Positions 23,401-38,400 of a DNA stretch of 64,000 nt are shown one piece after another. Made by a program: the position numbers and the translations under genes. The stretch covers positions 93,000,001 to 93,064,000 of the forward strand of contig NC_091994.1 in assembly GCF_044704955.1 (NCBI RefSeq), written 5' to 3'. Under the pieces are notes generated by a model. The model did no database searches and was not told the DNA's origin. It worked only from the letters and a program-made list of their open reading frames with translations. Source of the DNA: Pristiophorus japonicus (lineage: Eukaryota). Position 1 is the stretch's first letter. Each line of letters begins with the position of its first letter.

Positions 23401-26400
23401 GTGACCGAAACCGGAGCATGACCAGGAGCGTGAACGAGTCCGGGAGCGGGACCGAGACCGGGAGCGGGACCAGGAGCGTGACCGAGATCGGGAGCGGGAC
23501 CAGGAGCGTGACCGAGACCGGGAGCGGGACCAGGAGCGTGACCGAGACCGGGAGCGGGACCAGGAGCATGACTGAGATCGGGAGTGGGACCAGGAGCGTG
23601 ACCGAGACATGGGAGCGGGACCAGGAACGGGACCGAGACCGGGAGCGGGGCCAGGAGCGTGACCGGGACCGGGAGCGGGACCAGGAGCGTGACCGGGACC
23701 GGGAGCGGGACCAGGAGCGTGACAGGAGTGTGACCAAGAGCGTGACCGGGAGCGGGACCAAGAGCGTGACCGGGAGTGTGACCAAGAGCGTGACCGGGAG
23801 TGTGACCAAGAGCGTGACCGTGACTGGGAGCGTGACCGAGAGTGTGACCGAGAGCGTGACCGTGACCGGGAGCGTGGACGTGACCGAGAGCGTGACCGAG
23901 AGCGTGACCGAGACCGGGAGCATGACCGGGAGTGTGACCTGGAGCGTGACCGTGACCGAGAGCGTGACTGAGACCGGGAGCTTGACCGTGACTAGGAGCG
24001 TGACCGTGACCGGGAGCGTGACCGTGACCAGGAGCGTGACCGTGATCGTGAAGGGGAGCGTGATCGTGACTGAGAGCGTGACCGAGAGTGTGACTGAGAG
24101 TGTGACCGTGACCGAGAACGTGACCGAGAGTGTGACTGAGAGTGTGACCGAGAGCGTGACCGAGAGCGTGAACACAACTGAGAGCGCGACCACGAGCGTG
24201 ACCGTGACCGTGAACGGGAGCGTGACTGTGACCAAGAGTGTGACCGAGAGCGTGACCGAGAGTGTGACCACAACCGAGAGCGCGACCGCGAGCGTGGCCG
24301 TGACCGAGAGCATGAGCGAGAGCGTGACTGTGACTGAGAGCGTGATAGCGAGCGTGACTGCGACCGAGATCATGACATAGAGCGTGACTGAGAGCAAGAG
24401 CGTGACCGAGAGTGTGACCACGACCGAGAGTGTGACCACGACCGAGAGCGTGACTGAGAGCGTGACCGAGAGTGTGACCACGACCAAGAGTGTGACTGAT
24501 AGCGTGACCGAGAGTGTGACCACGACCGAGAGCGGACTGAGAGCGTGACCGAGAGTGTGACCACGACCAAGAGTGTGATTGAGAGCGTGACCGAGAGTGT
24601 GACCACGACCGAGAGTGTGACCACGACCGAGAGCGCGACCGAGAGCGTGACCGTGACCGAGAGCGTGACCGTGAGCGTGACCGCGACCGAGAGCGAGAGT
24701 GTGACCGAGAGTGTGACCGTGACCGAGAGTGTGACCGAGAGTGTGACGGAGAGCGTGACCGAGAGCGTGACCGAGAGCATGAGCGTGACCACGAGCGTGA
24801 CCGTGACCGAGAGTGTGATCGAGAGTGCGACCGTGAGCGTTACCATGACAGACAGCGTGACCATGATCGAGAGCGTCACCGAGAGTTAGAACGTGACCGA
24901 GAACGTGTCCGTGACCAAGAGCGTGACCGAGAGCGTGACCGAGAGTGTGACCGTGACCGAGAGTGTGACCACGAGCAGTGACCGCGACCGAAAGCGTGAC
25001 CGTGAGCGTGACCGCGACCGAGAGCGAGAGTGTGATCGAGAGTGCGACCGTGAGCGTGACCATGACAGACAGCCTGACCATGATCGAGAGCGTCACCGAG
25101 AGTTAGAACGTGACCGAGAACGTGTCCGTGACCAAGAGCGTGACCGAGAGTGTGACCGTGACCGAGAGTGTGACCACGAGCAGTGACCGTGACCGAGAGC
25201 GTGACCGAGAGCGTGACCGTGACCGAGAGCGTGGCCTGGAGCGTGACCGAGAGCGTGGCCCGGAGCGTGACCGAGAGCGCGACCGGGAGCGCGACCGAGA
25301 GCGCGACCGCGAGCATGACCGTGACCGAGAGCATGACCGGGAGCGTGACCGAGAGCGCGACCGCGAGCATGACCGTGACCAAGAGCGTGACAGTGACCGA
25401 GAGCGTGACCAAGAGCGTGACCAGGAGCGTGACCACGACGGAGAGCGTGACAGCAATCGAGAGCGTGACCGTGACCGACAGTGTGAACACGAGCGTGACC
25501 GAGAGCGCGACCACGAGCATGACCGCGACCGAGAGCGTGACCAGGAGCGTGACCGAGAGCGTGACCGAGAGCGTGACCGCGAGCGTGACCGAGAGCGTGG
25601 CCGGGAGCATGACCGAGAGCGCGACCGAGAGCGCGACCACGAGCGTGACCGCGACCGAGAGCCTGACCAGGAGCGTGACAGGAGTGTGACCAAGAGCGTG
25701 ACCGGGAGCGGGACCAAGAGCGTGACCGGGAGTGTGACCAAGAGCGTGACCGGGAGTGTGACCAAGAGCGTGACCGTGACTGGGAGCGTGACCGAGAGTG
25801 TGACCGGGAGCGTGACCGTGATCGAGAGCGTGACCGTGACCGTGACTGAGACCGGGAGCATGACCGTGACCGGGAGCGTGACCTGGAGCGTGACCGTGAC
25901 CGTGACCGTGACCGAGAGCGTGACTGAGACCAGGAGCTTGACCGTGACTGGGAGCGTGACCGTGACCGGGAGCGTGACCGTGACCAGGAGCGTGACCGTG
26001 ATCGTGAACGGGAGCGTGATCGTGACTGAGAGCGTGACCAAGAGCGTGACAAGAGCATGACCATGACCGAGAACATGACCGTGACCGAGAACGTGACCGA
26101 GAGTGTGACTGAGAGTGTGACCGAGAGCGTGACCAAGAGCGTGAACACAACCGAGAGCGCGACCGCGAGCGTGACCGTGACTGTGAACGGGAGCGTGACT
26201 GTGACCAAGAGTGTGACCGAGAGCGTGACCGAGAGTGTGACCACAACAGAGAGCGCGACCGCGAGCGTGACCGTGACCGAGAGCATGAGCGAGAGCGTGA
26301 CTGTGACTGAGAGCGTGATAGCGAGCGTGACTGCGACCGAGATCATGACATAGAGCGTGACTGAGAGCAAGAGCGTGACCGAGAGTGTGACCACGACCGA

Positions 26401-29400
26401 AAGCGTGACTGAGAGCGTGACCGAGAGTGTGACCACGACCAAGAGTGTGACCGAGAGCGTGACCGCGAGCGTGACTGTGACCGAGAGCATGAGCGAGAGC
26501 GTGACTGTGACTGAGAGCGTGATAGCGAGCGTGACTGCGACCGAGATCATGACATAGAGCGTGACTGAGAGCAAGAGAGTGACCGAGAGTGTGACCACGA
26601 CCGAGAGTGTGATTGAGAGCGTGACCGAGAGTGTGACCACGACCGAGAGCGTGACCACGACCGAGAGTGTGACCACGACCGAGAGCGTGACCACGACCGA
26701 GAGCGTGGCCCGGAGCGTGACCGAGAGCGTGGCCCGGAGCGTGACCGAGAGCGCGACCGGGAGCGCGACCGAGAGCGCGACCGCGAGCATGACCGTGACC
26801 AAGAGCGTGACAGTGACCGAGAGCATGACCAAGAGCGTGACCAGGAGCGTGACCACGACGGAGAGCGTGACAGCAATCGAGAGCGTGACCGTGACCGACA
26901 GTGTGAACACGAGCGTGACCGAGAGCGCGACCACGAGCGTGACCGCGACCGAGAGCATGACCAGGAGCGTGACCGAGAGCGTGACCGCGAGCGTGACCGA
27001 GAGCGTGGCCGGGAGCATGACCGAGAGCGCGACCGAGAGCGCGACCACGAGCGTGACCGTGACCGAGAGCCTGACCAGGAGCGTGACAGGAGTGTGACCA
27101 AGAGCGTGACCAGGAGCGGGACCAAGAGCGTGACCGGGAGTGTGACCAAGAGCGTGACCGGGAGTGTGACCAAGAGCGTGACCGTGACTGGGAGCGTGAC
27201 CGAGAGTGTGACCGGGAGCGTGACCGTGATCGAGAGCGTGACCGTGACCGTGACTGAGACCGGGAGCATGACCGTGACCGGGAGCGTGACCTGGAGCGTG
27301 ACCGTGACCGTGACCGTGACCGAGAGCGTGACTGAGACCGGGAGCTTGACCGTGACCGAGAGCGTGACCGTGACCGTGACTGAGACCGGGAGCATGACCG
27401 TGACCGGGAGCGTGACCTGGAGCGTGACCGTGACCGTGACCGTGACCGAGAGCGTGACTGAGACCAGGAGCTTGACCGTGACTGGGAGCGTGACCGTGAC
27501 CGGGAGCGTGACCGTGACCAGGAGCGTGACCGTGATCGTGAACGGGTGCGTGATCGTGACTGAGAGCGTGACCAAGAGCGTGACAAGAGCATGACCATGA
27601 CCGAGAACATGACCGTGACCGAGAACGTGACCGAGAGTGTGACTGAGAGTGTGACCGAGAGCGTGACCAAGAGCGTGAACAAAACCGAGAGCGCGACCGC
27701 GAGCGTGACCGTGACTGTGAACGGGAGCGTGACTGTGACCAAGAGTGTGACCGAGAGCGTGACCGAGAGTGTGACCACAACAGAGAGCGCGACCGCGAGC
27801 GTGACCGAGAGCATGAGCGAGAGCGTGACTGTGACTGAGAGCGTGATAGCGAGCGTGACTGCGACCGAGATCATGACATAGAGCGTGACTGAGAGCAAGA
27901 GCGTGACCGAGAGTGTGACCACGGCCGAAAGCGTGACTGAGAGCGTGACCGAGAGTGTGACCACGACCAAGAGTGTGACCGAGAGCGCGACCGCGAGCGT
28001 GACCGTGACCGAGAGCATGAGCGAGAGCGTGACTGTGACTGAGAGCGTGATAGCGAGCGTGACTGCGACCGAGATCATGACATAGAGCGTGACTGAGAGC
28101 AAGAGCGTGACCGAGAGTGTGACCACGACCGAGAGTGTGACCACGACCGAGAGTGTGATTGAGAGCGTGACCGAGAGTGTGACCACGACCGAGAGCGTGA
28201 CCACGACCGAGAGTGTGACCACGACCGAGAGCGTGACCACGACCGAGAACGTGACTGAGAGCGTGACCGAGAGTGTGACCACGACCGAGAGTGCGACCGT
28301 GACCGTGACCGAGAGCGTGACCGTGAGCGTGACCGCGACCGAGAGCGAGAGTGTGACCGAGAATGTGACCGTGACCGAGAGTGTGACGGAGAGCGTGACG
28401 GAGAGCGTGACCGAGAGCGAGAGCGTGACCACGAGCGTGACCGTGACCGAGAGTGTGATCGAGAGTGCGACCGTGAGCGTGACCATGACAGACAGCGTGA
28501 CCATGATCGAGAGCGTCACCGAGAGTTAGAACGTGACCGAGAACGTGTCCGTGACCAAGAGCGTGACCGAGAGCGTGACCGAGAGTGTGACCGTGACCGA
28601 GAGTGTGACCACGAGCAGTGACCGCGACCAAGAGCGTGACCCGAGAGCGTGACCGCGACCGAGAGCGTGGCCCGGAGCGTGACCGAGAGTGTGGCCCGGA
28701 GCGTGACCGAGAGCGCGACCGGGAGCGCGACCGAGAGCGCGACCGCGAGCATGACCGTTACCGAGAGCATGACCAGGAGCGTGACCGAGAGCGCGACCGA
28801 GAGCATGACCGTGACCAAGAGCGTGACAGCGACCGAGAGCGTGACCGGGAGCGTGACAGCGACCAAGAGCGTGACCAAGAGCGTGACCGGGAGCGTGACC
28901 ATGACAGAGAGCGTGACAGCAATCAAGAGCGTGACCGCGACCGAGAGCGCGACCACGAGCATGACCGCGACCGAGAGCTTGACCAGGAGCGTGGCCGGGA
29001 GCATGACCGAACGCGCGGCTGGGAGCATGACCGAGAGCGCGACCGAGAGCGCGACCGAGAGCGTGACCGAGAGCGCGACCGAGACCGAGAGCGTGACCAA
29101 GAGCGCGACCGCGAGCATGACCGTGACCAAGAGCGTGACCGGGAGCATGACCAGGAGCGTGACTGGGAGCGTGACCGAGACCGAGAGCGTGACCAAGAGC
29201 CCCGACTGGGAGCGAGACCGGGTGTGTGACCGAGAGCGTGACAGCGACCAAGAGCGTGACCAAGAGCGTGACCGGGAGCGTGACCAAGAGCGTGACCGGG
29301 AGTGTGACCAAGAGCGTGACCGGGAGTGTGACCAAGAGCGTGACCGTGACTGGGAGCGTGACCGAGAGTGTGACCGGGAGCGTGACCGTGATCGAGAGCG

Positions 29401-32400
29401 TGACCGTGACCGTGACTGAGACCGGGAGCATGACCGTGACCGGGAGCGTGACCTGGAGCGTGACCGTGACCGTGACCGTGACCGAGAGCGTGACTGAGAC
29501 CGGGAGCTTGACCGTGACCGAGAGCGTGACCGTGACCGTGACTGAGACCGGGAGCATGACCGTGACCGGGAGCGTGACCTGGAGCGTGACCGTGACCGGG
29601 AGCGTGACCGTGACCAGGAGCGTGACCGTGATCGTGAACGGGAGCATGATCGTGACTGAGAGCGTGACCAAGAGCGTGACAAGAGCATGACCATGACCGA
29701 GAACATGACCGTGACCGAGAACGTGACCGAGAGTGTGACTGAGAGTGTGACCGAGAGCGTGACCAAGAGCGTGAACACAACCGAGAGCGCGACCGCGAGC
29801 GTGACCGTGACTGTGAACGGGAGCGTGACTGTGACCAAGAGTGTGACCGAGAGCGTGACCGAGAGTGTGACCACAACAGAGAGCGCGACCGCGAGCGTGA
29901 CCGTGACCGAGAGCATGAGCGAGAGCGTGACTGTGACTGAGAGCGTGATAGCGAGCGTGACTGCGACCGAGATCATGACATAGAGCGTGACTGAGAGCAA
30001 GAGCGTGACCGAGAGTGTGACCACGACCGAAAGCGTGACTGAGAGCGTGACCGAGAGTGTGACCACGACCAAGAGTGTGACCGAGAGCGCGACCGCGAGC
30101 GTGACCGTGAGCATGAGCGAGAGCGTGACTGTGACTGAGTGCGTGATAGCGAGCGTGACTGCGACCGAGATCATGACATAGAGCGTGACTGAGAGCAAGA
30201 GAGTGACCGAGAGTGTGACCACGACCGAGAGTGTGATTGAGAGCGTGACCGAGAGTGTGACCACGACCGAGAGCGTGACCACGACCGAGAGCGTGACCAC
30301 GACCGAGAGTGTGACCACGACCGAGAGCTTGACCATGACCGAGAACGTGACTGAGAGCGTGACCGAGAGTGTGACCACGACCGAGAGTGTGACCACGACC
30401 GAGAGTGCGACCGTGACCGTGACCGAGAGCGTGACCGTGAGCGTGACCGCGACCGAAAGCGAGAGTGTGACCGAGAATGTGACCGTGACCGAGAGTGTGA
30501 CGGAGAGCGTGACCGAGAGCGTGACCGAGAGCGAGAGCGTGACCACGAGCGTGACCGTGACCGAGAGTGTGATCGAGAGTGCGACCGTGAGCGTGACCAT
30601 GACAGACAGCGTGACCATGATCGAGAGCGTCACCGAGAGTTAGAACGTGATCGAGAACGTGTCCGTGACCAAGAGCGTGACCGAGAGCGTGACCGAGAGT
30701 GTGACCGTGACCAAGAGTGTGACCACGAGCAGTGACCGCGACCAAGAGCGTGACCGAGAGCGTGACCGCGACCGAGAGCGTGGCCCGGAGCGTTACCGAG
30801 AGTGTGGCCCGGAGCGTGACCGAGAGCGCGACCGGGAGCGCGACCGAGAGCGCGACCGCGAGCATGACCGTTACCGAGAGCATGACCAGGAGCGTGACCG
30901 AGAGCGCGACCGCGAGCATGACCGTGACCAAGAGCGTGACAGCGACCGAGAGCGTGACCGGGAGCGTGACAGCGACCAAGAGCGTGACCAAGAGCGTGAC
31001 CGGGAGCGTGACCATGACAGAGAGCGTGACAGCAATCGAGAGCGTGACCGCGACCGAGAGCGCGACCACGAGCATGACCGCGACCGAGAGCTTGACCAGG
31101 AGCGTGGCCGGGAGCATGACCGAACGCGCGGCTGGGAGCATGACCGAGAGCGCGACCGAGAGCGCGACCGAGAGCGTGACCGAGAGCGCGACCGAGAGCG
31201 TGACCAAGAGCGCGACCGCGAGCATGACCAGGAGCGTGACTGGGAGCGTGACCGAGACCGAGAGCGTGACCAAGAGCCCCGACTGGAAGCGAGACCGGGT
31301 GTGTGACCGAGAGCGTGACAGCGACCAAGAGCGTGACCAAGAGCGTGACCGGGAGCGTGACCAAGAAAGTGACCGGGAGCGTGACCGAGACCGAGAGCCT
31401 GACCGGGAGCGTGACCGAGACCGAGACCGAGAGCCTGACCGGGAGCGCGACTGCGACCGAGAGCGCGACCAAGAGCATGACTGCGACCGAGAGCGTGACC
31501 GAGAGCAAGAGTGTGACCGTGACCGAGAGTGTGACCGAGAGCGAGAGTATGACCGTGACCGAGAGCGTGACCGAGAGCAAGAGTGTGACCGTGACCGAGA
31601 GTGTGACCGAGAGCGAGAGTGTGACCGTGACCGAGAGCGTGACCGAGAGCGAGAGCGTGACCGAGAGTGTGACCGTGACCGAGAGCGTGACCGAGAGCGT
31701 GACCGTGACCGTGACCGAGAGTGTGACCGTGACCGAGAGCGTGATCGAGACCGAGAGCGTGACCGTGACCGAGAGCGTGATCGAGACGTAGAGTGTGACC
31801 GTGACCGAGAGCGTGATCGAGACCGAGAGCGTGACCGTGACCGAGAGCGTGACCGTGACCGAGAGTGTGACCGTGACCGAGAGCGTGATCGTGACCAAGA
31901 GTGTGATCGAGAGCGAGAGTGTGACCGTGACCGAGAGCGTGACCATGACCGAGAGTGTGACCGTGACCGAGAGTGTGACCAGGAGCGTGACCGTGACCGA
32001 GAGTGTGACCAGGAGCGTGACCGTGACTGAGAGTGTGACCGTGACCGAGAGCGTGACCGTGACCGAGAGTGTGATCGAGACCGAGAGTGTGACCGTGAAC
32101 GAGAGCGTGACCGTGACCGAGAGCGTGACCTCGACCGAGAGCGTGACCGCGACCGAGAGCGTGACCGTGAACGAGAGCGTGACCGTGACCGAGAGCGTGA
32201 TCGAGAGCGAGTGCGTGACCGTGACCGAGAGCGTGACCGTGACCGAGAGTGTGACCGTGAACGAGAGCGTGACCGTGACCGAGAGCGTGACCGTGACCGA
32301 GAGCGTGATCGAGACCGAGAGCGTGACCGAGACCGAGAGCGTGGCCGGGAGCATGACCGAGAGCGCGACCGAGAGCGTGACCGAGAGCGTGACCAAGAGC

Positions 32401-35400
32401 ACGACCGAGAGCATGTCCGAGAGCGCGACCGCGAGCATGACCGTGACCAAGAGCGTGACCAAGAGTGTGACCGGGAGCGTGACCAGGAGCGTGACTGGGA
32501 GCGTGACCGAGACCGAGAGCGTGACCAAGAGCCCCAACTGGGAGCGAGACCGGGTTTGTGACCGAGAGCGTGACAGCGACCGAGAGCATGACCAAGAGCG
32601 TGACCGGGAGCGTGACCAAGAACGTGACCGGGAGCGTGACCGAGACCGAGAGCCTGACCGGGAGCGTGACCGAGACCGAGAGCCTGACCGGGAGCGCGAC
32701 TGCGACCAAGAGCGCGACCAAGAGCATGACTGCGATCGAGAGCGTGAGCGAGAGCGTGAGCGAGAGCGTGACCGTGACCGAGAGTGTGACCGAGAGCGTG
32801 ACCGTGACCGATAGTGTGACCGTGACCATGACCGTGACCGAGAGTGTGACCGAGAGTGTGACCGAGAGCGAGAGTGTGACCGTGACCGAGAGCGAGAGCG
32901 TGATCGAGACCGAGAGTGTGACCGTGACCGAGAGCGTGATCGAGAGTGAGAGTGTGACCGTGACCGAGAGCGTGACCATGACCGAGAGTGTGACCGTGAC
33001 CGAGAGTGTGACCAGGAGCGTGACCGTGACCGAGAGTGTGACCAGGAGCGTGACCGTGACCGAGAGTGTGACCGTGACCGAGAGCGTGACCGAGAGTGTG
33101 ATCGAGACCGAAAGTGTGACCGTGAACGAGAGCGTGACCGTGACCGAGAGCGTGATCGAGAGCGAGTGTGTGACCGTGACCAAGAGCGTGACCGTGACCG
33201 AGAGTGTGACCGTGAGCGTGATCGAGAGCGAGTGTGTGACCGTGACCGAGAGCGTGACCGTGACCGAGAGTGTGACCGTGACCGAGAGCGTGATCAAGAC
33301 CGAGAGCGTGACCGTGACCGAGAGCGTGACCGTGACCGAGAGCGTGATCGAGACCGAGAGTGTGACCGTGACCGAGAGCGTGATCGAGACCAAGAGCGTG
33401 ACCGTGACCGAGAGCGTGACCGTGACCGAGCGCCTGACCGTGATCGAGAGTGTGACCGTGACCGAGAGTGTGACCAGGAGCGTGACCGTGACCGAGAGTG
33501 TGACCAGGAGCGTGACCGTGACCGAGAGTGTGATCGAGACCGAGAGTGTGACCGTGACCGAGAGCGTGACCGTGACCGAGAGTGTGACCAGGAGCGTGAC
33601 CGTGACTGAGAGTGTGACCGTGACCGAGAGCGTGACCGCGACCGAGAGTGTGATCGAGACTGAGAGTGTGACCGTGACCGAGAGCGTGACCGTGATCGAG
33701 AGCGTGACCGTGACCGAGAGTGTGACCAGGAGCGTGACCGTGACCGAGAGTGTGACCGTGACCGAGAGCGTGACCGCGACCGAGAGTGTGATCGAGACCG
33801 AGAGTGTGACCGTAACCGAGAGCGTGACCGTGACCGAGAGCGTGACCGTGACTGAGAGTGTGACCGTGACCGAGAGCGTGACCGAGAGTGTGACCAGGAG
33901 CGTGACCGTGACCGAGAGTGTGACCGTGACCGTGACTGAGACCGGGAGCATGACCGTGACCGGGAGCGTGACCTGGAGCGTGACCGTGACCGGGAGCGTG
34001 ACCGTGACCAGGAGCGTGACCGTGATCGTGAACGGGAGCATGATCGTGACTGAGAGCGTGACCAAGAGCGTGACAAGAGCATGACCATGACCGAGAACAT
34101 GACCGTGACCGAGAACGTGACCGAGAGTGTGACTGAGAGTGTGACCGAGAGTGTGACCAAGAGCGTGAACACAACCGAGAGCGCGACCGCGAGCGTGACC
34201 GTGACTGTGAACGGGAGCGTGACTGTGACCAAGAGTGTGACCGAGAGCGTGACCGAGAGTGTGACCACAACAGAGAGCGCGACCGCGAGCGTGACCGTGA
34301 CCGAGAGCATGAGCGAGAGCGTGACTGTGACTGAGAGCGTGATAGCGAGCGTGACTGCGACCGAGATCATGACATAGAGCGTGACTGAGAGCAAGAGCGT
34401 GACCGAGAGTGTGACCACGACCGAAAGCGTGACTGAGAGCGTGACCGAGAGTGTGACCACGACCAAGAGTGTGACCGAGAGCGCGACCGCGAGCGTGACC
34501 GTGAGCATGAGCGAGAGCGTGACTGTGACTGAGTGCGTGATAGCGAGCGTGACTGCGACCGAGATCATGACATAGAGCGTGACTGAGAGCAAGAGAGTGA
34601 CCGAGAGTGTGACCACGACCGAGAGTGTGACCACGACCGAGAGTGTGATTGAGAGCGTGACCGAGAGTGTGACCACGACCGAGAGCGTGACCACGACCGA
34701 GAGCGTGACCACGACCGAGAGTGTGACCACGACCGAGAGCTTGACCATGACCGAGAACGTGACTGAGAGCGTGACCGAGAGTGTGACCACGACCGAGAGT
34801 GTGACCACGACCGAGAGTGCGACCGTGACCGTGACCGAGAGCGTGACCGTGAGCGTGACCGCGACCGAAAGCGAGAGTGTGACCGAGAATGTGACCGTGA
34901 CCGAGAGTGTGACGGAGAGCGTGACCGAGAGCGTGACCGAGAGCGAGAGCGTGACCACGAGCGTGACCGTGACCGAGAGTGTGATCGAGAGTGCGACCGT
35001 GAGCGTGACCATGACAGACAGCGTGACCATGATCGAGAGCGTCACCGAGAGTTAGAACGTGATCGAGAACGTGTCCGTGACCAAGAGCGTGACCGAGAGC
35101 GTGACCGAGAGTGTGACCGTGACCAAGAGTGTGACCACGAGCAGTGACCGCGACCAAGAGCGTGACCGAGAGCGTGACCGCGACCGAGAGCGTGGCCCGG
35201 AGCGTTACCGAGAGTGTGGCCCGGAGCGTGACCGAGAGCGCGACCGGGAGCGCGACCGAGAGCGCGACCGCGAGCATGACCGTTACCGAGAGCATGACCA
35301 GGAGCGTGACCGAGAGCGCGACCGCGAGCATGACCGTGACCAAGAGCGTGACAGCGACCGAGAGCGTGACCGGGAGCGTGACAGCGACCAAGAGCGTGAC

Positions 35401-38400
35401 CAAGAGCGTGACCGGGAGCGTGACCATGACAGAGAGCGTGACAGCAATCGAGAGCGTGACCGCGACCGAGAGCGCGACCACGAGCATGACCGCGACCGAG
35501 AGCTTGACCAGGAGCGTGGCCGGGAGCATGACCGAACGCGCGGCTGGGAGCATGACCGAGAGCGCGACCGAGAGCGCGACCGAGAGCGTGACCGAGAGCG
35601 CGACCGAGAGCGTGACCAAGAGCGCGACCGCGAGCATGACCAGGAGCGTGACTGGGAGCGTGACCGAGACCGAGAGCGTGACCAAGAGCCCCGACTGGAA
35701 GCGAGACCGGGTGTGTGACCGAGAGCGTGACAGCGACCAAGAGCGTGACCAAGAGCGTGACCGGGAGCGTGACCAAGAAAGTGACCGGGAGCGTGACCGA
35801 GACCGAGAGCCTGACCGGGAGCGTGACCGAGACCGAGACCGAGAGCCTGACCGGGAGCGCGACTGCGACCGAGAGCGCGACCAAGAGCATGACTGCGACC
35901 GAGAGCGTGACCGAGAGCAAGAGTGTGACCGTGACCGAGAGTGTGACCGAGAGCGAGAGTGTGACCGTGACCGAGAGCGTGACCGAGAGCGAGAGCGTGA
36001 CCGAGAGTGTGACCGTGACCGAGAGCGTGACCGAGAGCGTGACCGTGACCGTGACCGAGAGTGTGACCGTGACCGAGAGCGTGATCGAGACCGAGAGCGT
36101 GACCGTGACCGAGAGCGTGACCGTGACCGAGAGCGTGATCGAGACGTAGAGTGTGACCGTGACCGAGAGCGTGATCGAGACCGAGAGCGTGACCGTGACC
36201 GAGAGCGTGACCGAGAGTGTGACCGTGACCGAGAGCGTGATCGTGACCAAGAGTGTGATCGAGAGCGAGAGCGTGACCGTGACCGAGAGCGTGACCATGA
36301 CCGAGAGTGTGACCGTGACCGAGAGTGTGACCAGGAGCGTGACCGTGACCGAGAGTGTGACCAGGAGCGTGACCGTGACTGAGAGTGTGACCGTGACCGA
36401 GAGCGTGACCGTGACCGAGAGTGTGATCGAGACCGAGAGTGTGACCGTGAACGAGAGCGTGACCGTGACCGAGAGCGTGACCGCGACCGAGAGCGTGACC
36501 GTGAACGAGAGCGTGACCGTGACCGAGAGCGTGATCGAGAGCGAGTGTGTGACCGTGACCGAGAGCGTGACCGTGACCGAGAGTGTGACCGTGACCGAGA
36601 GCGTGATCGAGACCGAGAGCGTGACCGAGAGCGTGACCGTGACCGAGAGCGTGATCGAGACCGAGAGCGTGACCGTGACCGAGAGCGTGACCGTGACCGA
36701 GAGTGTGACCGTGACCGAGAGCGTGATCGTGACCAAGAGTGTGATCGAGAGCGAGAGCGTGACCGTGACCGAGAGCGTGACCGTGACCGAGAGTGTGACC
36801 GTGACCGAGAGTGTGACCGTGACCGAGAGTGTGACCAGGAGCGTGACCGTGACCGAGAGTGTGACCAGGAGCGTGACCGTGACCGAGAGTGTGACCAGGA
36901 GCGTGACCGTGACCGAGAGCGTGACCGTGACCGAGAGTGTGACCGTGAACGAGAGCGTGACCGTGACCGAGAGCGTGACCTCGACCAAGAGCGTGACCGC
37001 AACCGAGAGCGTGACCGAGACCGAGAGCGTGGCCGGGAGCATGACCGAGAGCGCGACCGAGAGCGTGACCGAGAGCGTGACCAAGAGCACGACCGAGAGC
37101 ATGTCCGAGAGCGCGACCGCGAGCATGACCGTGACCAAGAGCGTGACCAAGAGTGTGACCGGGAGCGTGACCAGGAGCGTGACTGGGAGCGTGACCGAGA
37201 CCGAGAGCGTGACCAAGAGCCCCAACTGGGAGCGAGACCGGGTTTGTGACCGAGAGCGTGACAGCGACCGAGAGCATGACCAAGAGCGTGACCGGGAGCG
37301 TGACCAAGAACGTGACCGGGAGCGTGACCGAGACCGAGAGCCTGACCGGGAGCGTGACCGAGACCGAGAGCCTGACCGGGAGCGCGACTGCGACCAAGAG
37401 CGCGACCAAGAGCATGACTGCGATCGAGAGCGTGAGCGAGAGCGTGACCGTGACCGAGAGTGTGACCGAGAGCGTGACCGTGACCGATAGTGTGACCGTG
37501 ACCATGACCGTGACCGAGAGTGTGACCGAGAGTGTGACCGAGAGCGAGAGTGTGACCGTGACCGAGAGCGAGAGCGTGATCGAGACCGAGAGTGTGACCG
37601 TGACCGAGAGCGTGATCGAGAGTGAGAGTGTGACCGTGACCGAGAGCGTGACCATGACCGAGAGTGTGACCGTGACCGAGAGTGTGACCAGGAGCGTGAC
37701 CGTGACCGAGAGTGTGACCAGGAGCGTGACCGTGACCGAGAGTGTGACTGTGACCGAGAGCGTGACCGTGACCGAGAGTGTGATCGAGACCGAAAGTGTG
37801 ACCGTGAACGAGAGCGTGACCGTGACCGAGAGCGTGATCGAGAGCGAGTGTGTGACCGTGACCAAGAGCGTGACCGTGACCGAGAGTGTGACCGTGAGCG
37901 TGATCGAGACCGAGAGCGTGACCGAGAGCGTGACCGTGACCGAGAGTGTGATCGAGAGCGAGTGTGTGACCGTGACCGAGAGCGTGACCGTGACCGAGAG
38001 TGTGACCGTGACCGAGAGCGTGATCAAGACCGAGAGCGTGACCGTGACCGAGAGCGTGACCGTGACCGAGAGCGTGATCGAGACCGAGAGTGTGACCGTG
38101 ACCGAGAGCGTGATCGAGACCAAGAGCGTGACCGTGACCGAGAGCGTGACCGTGACCGAGCGCCTGACCGTGACCGAGAGTGTGACCATGACCGAGAGTG
38201 TGACCAGGAGCGTGACCGTGACCGAGAGTGTGACCAGGAGCGTGACCGTGACCGAGAGTGTGATCGAGACCGAGAGTGTGACCGTGACCGAGAGCGTGAC
38301 CGTGACCGAGAGTGTGACCAGGAGCGTGACCGTGACTGAGAGTGTGACCGTGACCGAGAGCGTGACCGCGACCGAGAGTGTGATCGAGACTGAGAGTGTG